Shown piece after piece: positions 1 through 8,227 of a stretch of 64,000 nucleotides of DNA. Position 1 is the stretch's first letter. Each line of letters begins with the position of its first letter. Origin of the DNA: an uncultured Verrucomicrobiae bacterium (GTDB lineage: Bacteria; Verrucomicrobiota; Verrucomicrobiia; Limisphaerales; Palsa-1400); contig OY969763.1 in the NCBI GenBank assembly GCA_963702845.1, positions 3,968,001 to 4,032,000 on the forward strand, in the 5' to 3' direction. Below the pieces are notes generated by a model. The model ran no database searches and was not told the origin of the DNA. It saw only the letters and a program-made list of their open reading frames with translations. The translations under genes and the position numbers were made by a program.

Positions 1-367
1 AAACTTGCTCTTATCCGCGAATCGTTTCGTCACGGATTCGAACCTAACCAACGCCGTCGCATCACTGCGGGACACCTTGGACCAGGCAAAAACGTTGGTT
101 AAACGCATCGATGGTCGCGTCGATCCATTGGCCAACAGCGCCAACGACACCCTCGCCGAACTGCGCAAAACTCTTGGGCACCTGCGCGTCGGCCTGCAGA
201 ATGTATCCAACCTGATCGGATCGGATTCCACATTGGGTCCTGAATTGACCAAGGCCTTACAGGACCTCGGTGCTGCCAGCCGCTCGATTACTGACCTTGC
301 AGATTTTCTGCAACGCCATCCGAACTCATTGTTGACCGGCAGAAAAATAACAAAGGAGCAGCCATGA
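1..367 (+). CDS. MlaD/PqiB-family (MCE) protein, C-terminal part (truncated by window edge)
   Basis: Helical repeats ending ...LADFLQRHPNSLLTGR, typical of PqiB/MlaD C-termini; overlaps a PqiC-like gene. Confidence 0.75.
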   Translation, partial: NLLLSANRFVTDSNLTNAVASLRDTLDQAKTLVKRIDGRVDPLANSANDTLAELRKTLGHLRVGLQNVSNLIGSDSTLGPELTKALQDLGAASRSITDLADFLQRHPNSLLTGRKITKEQP

Positions 368-1005
368 AATTCCGCCGTTTGACACAATATTTCCTGATCT
401 CGTTCGTCACTGCGGCTCTCGTCGCCGGCTGCATGTTCAAACCAGCCAAAGTTTCAACGCGGCAATTCACTCTCACTCCCGCGCCGACAAACAATCTCAC
501 TTCGGCCACCAAAAACGATATGCCGGTCGAAATCGCGTCCGTAAAAATGCCCTCCTATCTTGAGCGACAATCCCTCCTTGTTCGCGTCAGCCCAACTGAA
601 ATCAAATATTTCGAAAACGCCGTCTGGGCCGAACGATTGGATCAAAGCTTTCAACGCGCCCTCGCCGCCGATCTTTCCCAAACGCTGCCATCGGATAAAA
701 TCTACACCTCCGGCTGGGGACACGGCCCAGTCATGGCAAAAGTCTTCATCGACGTCCAACAATTCGATGTCGACGTCAACGGCCGGAGCACCCTCAAAGG
801 CCAAATGCGGATCACCTCCTCCGACACCAACACGCCATCCAAAAACGTCGACCTCCACATCGTCCGCTCCACCCCCTCTCCCCACGACAAACCCGAAACC
901 GTCGCAACCGCACTAAGCGGATTGGTCGCGGACCTAAGCCGCCAGGTCGGCCAAGCCATTCGCGATCACGTCCACGCCTCATGGCAATTCGGGGAAAAAG
1001 ATTAG
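364..1005 (+). CDS. PqiC-family ABC transport auxiliary lipoprotein
   Basis: Lipobox LVAGC; motifs MPSYL and WAERL; follows the PqiB-like gene. Confidence 0.8.
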   Translation: MKFRRLTQYFLISFVTAALVAGCMFKPAKVSTRQFTLTPAPTNNLTSATKNDMPVEIASVKMPSYLERQSLLVRVSPTEIKYFENAVWAERLDQSFQRALAADLSQTLPSDKIYTSGWGHGPVMAKVFIDVQQFDVDVNGRSTLKGQMRITSSDTNTPSKNVDLHIVRSTPSPHDKPETVATALSGLVADLSRQVGQAIRDHVHASWQFGEKD

Positions 1006-1052
1006 CTGTGGAAACGTAGTCGGCGTGAGCGGCGGGGCGCCACTCACGACAC

Positions 1053-1077
1053 GACAGGCGAGGCGACTGTTCTACCC
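1053..1077 (-). repeat. GTAG-type REP-like hairpin
   Basis: Minus strand GTAGAACAGTCGCCTCGCCTGTC between convergent genes. Confidence 0.45.
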
Positions 1078-1182
1078 AAGACAATACGGATTTGGTCGCA
1101 ACTGGTCGGTGCGTGCTCGTAAGGTCGATGAAAACGTACCAACCGCTTGCTCACGCGCGCGGCTCAGTTTGATTCACCTTGC

Positions 1183-1713
1183 TCATTGTTTTGCGCCGGA
1201 TTGGATTTTTTCCACTTTTTGCACGAGATCGTTATATTGGTTTACGACTTTGTTGCGGTCGGCGATGGCGTTGTTCAACTTGGTGACCAGGTCGTCGCGC
1301 TGAGTAACCAAATCTTTCAAGGATGCGTTTTGTTTTTTAATGCCGTCGTAGGCTTCTTTCAATTTTGTCTCCAACTGCGGGATGGCTTTCTCATATTCCG
1401 AAATACGGTTGGTATAACTGCGGGCTGCGGCTTGGAGTTCGAAGATTTCCCGTTTTTGTTCGACGATCTGTTGCTGGTTGGTTTTGGTGGATTGTTGGAT
1501 GGTCAGCGTTTGCGATTGCATTTGCGCGACCTGGGCGTCGAGTGTTTTGATCGAGTTCGTATAGCTCTGGATGGCGATGTCTCTTTGGTAAACGTCGTTG
1601 CTTAGTTTTTGGATTTCGGTCCGCTGACGCGTTTGAATCCGCCACTGAAAGACGCAGAGGCCGCAGAGTGCGGCGGCGATGATGACAAATAGACTACGAT
1701 GGAAGTTTCTCAT
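1183..1713 (-). CDS. Membrane-anchored coiled-coil hypothetical protein
   Basis: N-terminal hydrophobic segment then a long Q/K/E-rich heptad region; overlaps the exbD stop. Confidence 0.75.
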   Translation of the reverse strand: MRNFHRSLFVIIAAALCGLCVFQWRIQTRQRTEIQKLSNDVYQRDIAIQSYTNSIKTLDAQVAQMQSQTLTIQQSTKTNQQQIVEQKREIFELQAAARSYTNRISEYEKAIPQLETKLKEAYDGIKKQNASLKDLVTQRDDLVTKLNNAIADRNKVVNQYNDLVQKVEKIQSGAKQ

Positions 1714-2120
1714 GGCGCGGGTGTGACGGCGAAGGCGACGCGGGAAACTCCGGCGCGTTTCACGAAATCTAAAACGTAAACCATCGAGCCATGTGTCGCG
1801 TCGCGAGCCCCGGAGATGTAGACGGGCAGGTTCGGGTTTTTTTGGACGCGATTACTCAGGAGCGTTTGCAATTCGGGGAATGCAACGGGTTTGCCATCAA
1901 TCAAGGCGTTACCGTATTTGTCGACTTGCAGTTTGACCATGTCCGGTTTGGTGGCTGAGGTCGCCAGCGTCGCCGTGGGTAGGCTCGCTTTGAGCGTGCG
2001 GACTTTTTGCATTTGCAAACTGACCATCATGAAGGAGGCGAGGAGGAAGAACATGATGTCAATCAGCGGGATGATTTCGAGGCGCGTGCGACGCTTGGGC
2101 AATGGCGAGCGCAGTTTCAT
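1710..2120 (-). CDS. exbD: Biopolymer transport protein ExbD
   Basis: EIIPLIDIMFFLLASFMM transmembrane motif with conserved Asp. Confidence 0.9.
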   Translation of the reverse strand: MKLRSPLPKRRTRLEIIPLIDIMFFLLASFMMVSLQMQKVRTLKASLPTATLATSATKPDMVKLQVDKYGNALIDGKPVAFPELQTLLSNRVQKNPNLPVYISGARDATHGSMVYVLDFVKRAGVSRVAFAVTPAP

Positions 2121-2542
2121 TGTGTCACCTCGTTTTTTGGCTCGCTCACCATGAAGGAGACATTCTGCACACCGGCAGCGCGGACAAGTTGCAAAACGTC
2201 AGTCATCGCGCCGTGCAGGGTATCGCGGTCGCCGCTGATATAGACAGGCAAGTTGGTGTCGTAACGAAAACGGTTGCTGATGACTTGCGACAGTTGCGGA
2301 AGTGAAATTTCCTTTTTCTCGAGCCAGGGATGACCGGCTTTATCGACGGCGATGTTGAGCATGTCCGGTTTGAAGTCGTGACTGGCTTCGGTCGCGGACG
2401 GCAGGTCGACGTGGACATTCCGCGATTGGTCAAGTTGCAGGCTCACCATCATGAAGGAGGCGAGCAGAAAGAACATAATGTCGATCAGCGGGATGATCTC
2501 AATGCGCGCGTGCTTGCGACGAACTGGGAGAGCGACCTTCAT
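2117..2542 (-). CDS. exbD: Biopolymer transport protein ExbD (second copy)
   Basis: Same IIPLIDIMFFLL motif; ISGDRD in the periplasmic domain. Confidence 0.9.
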   Translation of the reverse strand: MKVALPVRRKHARIEIIPLIDIMFFLLASFMMVSLQLDQSRNVHVDLPSATEASHDFKPDMLNIAVDKAGHPWLEKKEISLPQLSQVISNRFRYDTNLPVYISGDRDTLHGAMTDVLQLVRAAGVQNVSFMVSEPKNEVTQ

Positions 2543-3165
2543 TGTTTCGGGCCTAACTTGCCGGAGTTGGCGAGGACTTCGACGCTGCTGGCGGCGGTCT
2601 CGAGTTCGAACTGCAGCCGTGCGAGCTTACCGGAGAAATAATTGAGCGGGACGAGCGAGACTATTGCGATGCCTAGACCGCAGGCGGTGGCAATGAGTGC
2701 TTCGCCGATGCCACCGGTGACCGCGGTGACGGATAGTTCAGCAGAGCCTATTTTAAGAAACGCGCGCATCAAGCCGGTGACAGTGCCGAGCAAGCCGAGC
2801 AAGGGCGCGAGTGTGACGAGTGTGTCCATAACGATAAGGAAGCGACCAGCGCGTTCGAGTTCGATACCTGCTGACATTTGCAAGGCGACGGGCAAGGACG
2901 TGTGCGCGTGGTTGAGGCTGTCATTGATCATTCGCACAACGGGATCTTCAGAGCCGACGGCAAGAGCTTTGGCAGTTTCAATGTCCGATTTGTCCAACGC
3001 GGTGAGCACTTGCTCGACTTTTCGCGGGTCGCGATGGCGGCTTTCGCACCACCACCAGTAGCTGCGTTCGCCAAGGACGGAGATCGCAGCCAACGCGCAG
3101 AGAAGCATCGGCCACATGACCGGACCGCCTTTGAGGAAGTATTCGTATGCGATATTTGCGAACAT
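2539..3165 (-). CDS. exbB: MotA/TolQ/ExbB proton channel protein
   Basis: APLLGLLGTVTG and GIGEALIATACGL motifs. Confidence 0.92.
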   Translation of the reverse strand: MFANIAYEYFLKGGPVMWPMLLCALAAISVLGERSYWWWCESRHRDPRKVEQVLTALDKSDIETAKALAVGSEDPVVRMINDSLNHAHTSLPVALQMSAGIELERAGRFLIVMDTLVTLAPLLGLLGTVTGLMRAFLKIGSAELSVTAVTGGIGEALIATACGLGIAIVSLVPLNYFSGKLARLQFELETAASSVEVLANSGKLGPKQ

Positions 3166-3192
3166 ATTTTTGCGATTGTAAGGGTAAATCGG

Positions 3193-3891
3193 TTATTGCA
3201 GTCGATAAGTAATGGTCACCTGGAACAGGCGCGTGCCGGTGCCGGGGGCAACGGTCCAGTGTTTCTTCACAAACTCCAGCGCCGTGCGATCCAACAACGG
3301 AAAGCCCGAGGATTCTTTGACTTTGACTGAATTAATTCCGCCGGCCTCGTTGGCCGACATGAGCAACATGACTGACCCTTGCTGCCGTTGTTGAAGCGCG
3401 GTTTTTGGATAGGGCGGGTCCGGACGCGCTCCGCCTCCGCCGGTGCTGGTCAGATTGACGGGCGCTTTTTGCAAGGGTGCGACGGGCGCGATCGGTCGCA
3501 GTGTGGGTGCGGCTGCGACGGAGTTCGGGACGAGAATGTTGCCGATTGTTGGAATGGAAAAACTGATACTCGGCGATTCAGGAGTGACGATTACGACGCG
3601 GGGTGTTTCGGCGGTGTCCTGCTCGGTTTGTTTAGGCAGTTCTTCGACGACTGTTTGTTTTGGAGGTTCGACGGGCTCAATGATGGCGGGAATTGGCTGC
3701 TCGATCGACGGAAGCGGTTTTGGTTTTGGAATTCCTTCGCTTGCTCCCGCCAGTCCGATGATGAGAACGACGAGACAGATTGAATTGAGCCAAGCGATTA
3801 TGCGATCGGGATCGCGGACTTCCGAGGCGTGATAAAACTGCGCCGCCGGTGGCTCCGCGGCCGGTAATTTAGCCAATCGCTGTTTTTCCAT
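3193..3891 (-). CDS. TonB-family energy transducer
   Basis: TM helix, Pro-rich linker, C-terminal PYPKTA...QQGSV...SSGFPLLDRTAL; start placed at MEKQ. Confidence 0.85.
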   Translation of the reverse strand: MEKQRLAKLPAAEPPAAQFYHASEVRDPDRIIAWLNSICLVVLIIGLAGASEGIPKPKPLPSIEQPIPAIIEPVEPPKQTVVEELPKQTEQDTAETPRVVIVTPESPSISFSIPTIGNILVPNSVAAAPTLRPIAPVAPLQKAPVNLTSTGGGGARPDPPYPKTALQQRQQGSVMLLMSANEAGGINSVKVKESSGFPLLDRTALEFVKKHWTVAPGTGTRLFQVTITYRLQ

Positions 3892-4112
3892 TTGCCTCGT
3901 GGTGCAGGAGTTCGTGCAGGGCCGGACTGACCGCCAGCAATGATGAAACAGGGAGAAGCGCAACGAGAAATAGCGAGACCAGCGATTTGCGGGGACGAGA
4001 ACAATTTGTTCGCTCAGGCTGCACTTGGAACGCAGTAAATAAGTGCTACCCAGATAACGCAAGCGCGAACTGCAACTGCACCAAGCAATCAACCGATCAA
4101 ACAATTAAGTCG

Positions 4113-7100
4113 CTACGGACTAGTGAGGCGCAGGAAGAGGTAGGGAAATGCGGTGTCGTTGGTGACTGCGGCGTTGAAGGCGCCGTTTGTATCCGTGATA
4201 AATGTTGATCCGTTGACCCAGTTCGTCAGATCGGAGGATGATTGGAGAGTCGAGTGTTGCAAAGGTGCACTGAGGATTCGCACGGGTATGGAATTGCTCG
4301 CAATGGCGGCCGTGATTTGCAACAGCGGCGGATTGAAGGCGAAGTTGATGTTGGTCGAATTGACGCCATCGACCGCGACTGTATTGGTGGCGGGAGTCAA
4401 ACCGGAACCAACCTGAACAGGAGTGATGGGGTATGAACCGGCGAGAAGGTTGGTAAAACTAAACGTTCCATTCGATGCCGAAACTACGTTGGTTGTGCCG
4501 TTCCCGATGGTGACTCCGTCCACACCATTGGTGCCAAAAGTTATTCGCCCGCTGATGGTGGAACCTCCGCGAATGACCAGCGTTGCAGGCGGACTGGTTG
4601 GTGAGTTGGTTCCGTTGCTGACGGTGACGGTGTAGGAACCGGCGTTTGTCGCTGCGGTAGTCGAGATTGTATATGACGAATTTGTCGCTGGAGGAACAAT
4701 GGGAGCGCCGTTGAAATTCCATCGGTAAGTCAATGTGCCAGTGCCCGTCGCCGTGACGTGGAACACAGCAGGCGCGCCGAGATCAACCACTAGATTGGTT
4801 GGCGGAGCGGTGATCGCGGGATTTTGCACCGTCACGGTGGCCGCGTCGCTCGTAACCGTCCCCAATGCGTTGCTCGCGACTACTGTGTAAGTATCATTGG
4901 TGGCCGGCGAGTTTGTGTAAGTGGTTTTTGTTGCGCCAGCGATCTTGTTGGTGGCGCTGATCACGTTAGGTCCGTGACGCCATTGGTAAGATATAGTGTT
5001 TGTGCTGCTGCTCAAAGCGAGGACCGTAAGAACCGCGGGAGCACCGAAATTGACCGTCACGTCGGAGGGTTGCGTGACAAATGCCGGATCGTTCACAGTT
5101 AACTTAACCGGAGAACTATTGATCGTGCCAAGCGAATTGGTGACCACCAATTTATAGGTACCCTGGTCGGCGTGGGTCGCGCTGGTAATGGTCAAGCTGG
5201 CAGTCGTCGCGCCGACGTAATGGGTGCTCTCCGTCAGCGCAACGTTGTTGGAGTACCATTGGAAATTCAGTGGGGCTCCGGTAGCTACTACGCTAAATAC
5301 AGCTGTTCCACCGAGGTCAACTGTGACGTCTGACGTTTGACTCGTAATTCCCGGTGCGACCTCAGTCGATAGCACGGCGTTTGAGCTGGTAACTGACCCA
5401 AGACCGTTTGTGATGACAACGAAATAGCTGCCAAAATTCGTTGCCTGGACATTGGTAATCGTGAGGCTTGTGTTCGTGGCGAGTGGGAGAAGCACGAGCG
5501 GGCCGTTGGTCGGCAGAAACTGCCATTGATACACGAGCGGCGTATCGCCCACGGCGGAGACGGTGAAAGTCGCATTCGCGCCTTTAATGACCGCGAGACT
5601 TAACGGCTGGATCAGAATTCGCGGTGGTGATGGTGCGGCCTCGAATGCACCGACGTCAGAGAGAAGGTTCGTTGTAAACCGCAAGGCTCCGCGCTGGTCG
5701 GCGACGGGACAATTCGTCGGATTATCGGCGGGAATCGCAGGAATACGACTGTGGGCGCAGCTTGGCAGGACAATTTCCAGCACGGGCGGATAGCCGGGAT
5801 ACGTGTTCAAAATTGCCGCCATATTTGCGTTGGTTTTGGAGAGGCTGTTCGTGCTCGTAAACGCGCAACTGGTATCCGAACTAATATTAAATCCGCCGTC
5901 GGTGACGCCGTTATAGCTATCGGTGCCTGCGCCGTGTTGAAGGATGCAATTGATAATCTTCGATGTTCCACTTACCCGGGCAAGATTACCGCCGTGGACC
6001 GGGCCGGTTGCGCCGTTGCGATTGGAAAAAGGACTCACGCCATTGGTGCCGCCGATGGTGTTGTTTGTGGCGAAGGTGCAATTGCGAGCGACGAAAGTGG
6101 CGACATTGGCCACCGCTCCGCCTTCGGCATAACCACCTGTGCCAGCGTTGGCGCTGGGATCGCCCAAGGTATCGCCGCCCGAGCCGCCGTGACAGGCGTT
6201 CAGGAAGAAGGTGCTGTTTTCGATATTGAAAATGCCGAAGTTCTCGATGGCGCCGCCAAGGGCTGGTCCGCCATCTTTGCCGTTCAAGCTGACGCCGTTT
6301 CCCGAAATCTTTTGCGGCCCACTGTTGCCACCGAAGGCTTCGTTACCGGCAAACGTGCAGTTCGTAACATTCAATATACCGCCGGCGGGAATGTAAATCG
6401 CCCCCGCCACTGCCGGATCCCCCTGCCCGCCTGCACCGGTCGCGCCACTGATCGATCCTGTCCCAGAATTGCCACCGCCACCACCACTGCCACCAAAGGC
6501 GCCGTTCGCCACAAAATAACAGCCGATAATAATGTTAGTTCCGGTGCTGTAAATCGCGCCGCCCTGGGCAATGCCACCGGCACCACCGTCGCCGCCATTG
6601 CCACCGAGATCATTGAAACCATTGCCGCCGTTTCCACCATTGCCACCAGCGGCGAAGTTGTTGGTAAAAGTACAGTTGGTCAGCAGTAACGTACCGTGAT
6701 CGCTATAAATCGCTCCACCGTCGCCAGCGACACCAGCACCGCCGGCATTACCATTGATGCTGCCGCTCCTCCCATCCGTGCCGTTGGCAGCGGGTCCATT
6801 TGTCGCGTTGTTTTTGGCAAAAACGACATTACTGGCCATCAGCGTTCCAGACTTATTGTAGATCGCGGCGCCTTGCGAACTTTTGCCGCCGGTGATTTGC
6901 AGGCCCGTCAAAGTCAGCGTGGCATTCGTAATAGCAAAAATGCGGGTGACGTTGCCGCCGCTCAAGATGACGTTCAAGCCGGTGGCGTCGATTTGCGTAT
7001 TGGTGACGATGGCAATGGAGTTGGTTAAAGTAAATGTGCCGTTCGTTTGAAAGGTGAACGCGCCACCGTTGGTGATGACGGACAAATCGTTAGTAATTAC

Positions 7101-7220
7101 CGTAGGCACGTCCGCGCGCGACGACGTGACGGCACTCAGAACCAAGAGAACCGAGAGCAGGAGCCGATAAAAACCATGGAGCCGCCGCATTTTCAAGAGT
7201 GAATAGGATATACGTTTCAT
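4113..7220 (-). CDS. Large secreted protein: Gly-rich beta-helix (GGAI repeats), four Ig-like domains, C-terminal beta domain
   Basis: Signal peptide; GGAIY repeats; DQRG...DVGAFE; repeated YQW/YxVVxTN Ig motifs. Confidence 0.8.
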   Translation of the reverse strand: MKRISYSLLKMRRLHGFYRLLLSVLLVLSAVTSSRADVPTVITNDLSVITNGGAFTFQTNGTFTLTNSIAIVTNTQIDATGLNVILSGGNVTRIFAITNATLTLTGLQITGGKSSQGAAIYNKSGTLMASNVVFAKNNATNGPAANGTDGRSGSINGNAGGAGVAGDGGAIYSDHGTLLLTNCTFTNNFAAGGNGGNGGNGFNDLGGNGGDGGAGGIAQGGAIYSTGTNIIIGCYFVANGAFGGSGGGGGNSGTGSISGATGAGGQGDPAVAGAIYIPAGGILNVTNCTFAGNEAFGGNSGPQKISGNGVSLNGKDGGPALGGAIENFGIFNIENSTFFLNACHGGSGGDTLGDPSANAGTGGYAEGGAVANVATFVARNCTFATNNTIGGTNGVSPFSNRNGATGPVHGGNLARVSGTSKIINCILQHGAGTDSYNGVTDGGFNISSDTSCAFTSTNSLSKTNANMAAILNTYPGYPPVLEIVLPSCAHSRIPAIPADNPTNCPVADQRGALRFTTNLLSDVGAFEAAPSPPRILIQPLSLAVIKGANATFTVSAVGDTPLVYQWQFLPTNGPLVLLPLATNTSLTITNVQATNFGSYFVVITNGLGSVTSSNAVLSTEVAPGITSQTSDVTVDLGGTAVFSVVATGAPLNFQWYSNNVALTESTHYVGATTASLTITSATHADQGTYKLVVTNSLGTINSSPVKLTVNDPAFVTQPSDVTVNFGAPAVLTVLALSSSTNTISYQWRHGPNVISATNKIAGATKTTYTNSPATNDTYTVVASNALGTVTSDAATVTVQNPAITAPPTNLVVDLGAPAVFHVTATGTGTLTYRWNFNGAPIVPPATNSSYTISTTAATNAGSYTVTVSNGTNSPTSPPATLVIRGGSTISGRITFGTNGVDGVTIGNGTTNVVSASNGTFSFTNLLAGSYPITPVQVGSGLTPATNTVAVDGVNSTNINFAFNPPLLQITAAIASNSIPVRILSAPLQHSTLQSSSDLTNWVNGSTFITDTNGAFNAAVTNDTAFPYLFLRLTSP

Positions 7221-8125
7221 GCGGTTGTAAGCAAGCTGTTCAGGGCTTCCACGACTGTTTTCACAGGGAGTTTCTTAAGGGTTTCGCCGTGGCGCAAAAT
7301 CTGCACACGCTCTCCCAGTGGCCGCCAAATCTGTTCATTGCTCGGTCCCCAAAGGACAATGCAGTCCAACCCAAGCACGGCGGCGAGGTGGGTTATGCCG
7401 GAGTCGTGGCCGATGAAAACGCGGCAGATCTTCAGACGGCTGGCGACTTCGACAAGCGGACGGTTGAATGCGACTTCGCGGCGGGTCTCAGGGATGAGTT
7501 CGGCGAGGCGAGGAAGAAGAGTGCGCTCGGCTTCGCCGCCGATTAACAGGATTTTATCGTCAGTATTCAAGACGAGATGCTGGAGGAAGGAACGCCAGTT
7601 TTCTTCGGGCCAGTTTTTTTGCGGGCTGCCGCTACCGGGGTGAAGGGCAATGACGGGAGAGGAAGACAAACGTCCAACGTCCAACTTCCAACTTCCAAAA
7701 TTGAAGTGAACTGCAATCAGGTTCCGCAAGGGTTCCAGTAACTGAATCGACGCGTGGATAGTTGATTGGTCGCTGGGGCGATGAGGGCCGGTTATGAATC
7801 GTGCCTTTGAATGGCGACGGAGGTTGTTTTCGAAAAGGTTGTTGGGGTCGTAAGCGTACGAGATAATCAAATCGAAACTGGAGAGCCAGGCTGCAATGTC
7901 AGAGGAACATCGGCCGTTTTCTGCAAATAGCGGCGCGAAGGGCAGTGAACCGAGATCGCGAATGTTGTCTGCCAGGCCAAACTCGATTGCGAGTGATGCG
8001 ATGGAGGGATTTGCTAACAGGTCGATACGCGCGTTGGGAAATTTAGTTCGCAACGCGGAAAGCACCGGCATGGTGAGGATGAAGTCACCAATGGCACCGC
8101 CGCGGATAACAAGGATGCTGTTCAC
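7217..8125 (-). CDS. Glycosyltransferase family 9 (heptosyltransferase-like)
   Basis: ILVIRGGAIGDFIL, HPGSG..KNWP and FIGHDSGITHLAA motifs; GTG start inferred. Confidence 0.9.
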   Translation of the reverse strand: MNSILVIRGGAIGDFILTMPVLSALRTKFPNARIDLLANPSIASLAIEFGLADNIRDLGSLPFAPLFAENGRCSSDIAAWLSSFDLIISYAYDPNNLFENNLRRHSKARFITGPHRPSDQSTIHASIQLLEPLRNLIAVHFNFGSWKLDVGRLSSSPVIALHPGSGSPQKNWPEENWRSFLQHLVLNTDDKILLIGGEAERTLLPRLAELIPETRREVAFNRPLVEVASRLKICRVFIGHDSGITHLAAVLGLDCIVLWGPSNEQIWRPLGERVQILRHGETLKKLPVKTVVEALNSLLTTA

Positions 8126-8227
8126 TTGAACTCTTTGCTGAAGCCGACAGTCGCGGAGGCAGTCAGAGCGTGCTGACGCCGTTGGCCATATATACGCCTT
8201 ATGCCTCCGCACGCCGACGGCTACATA

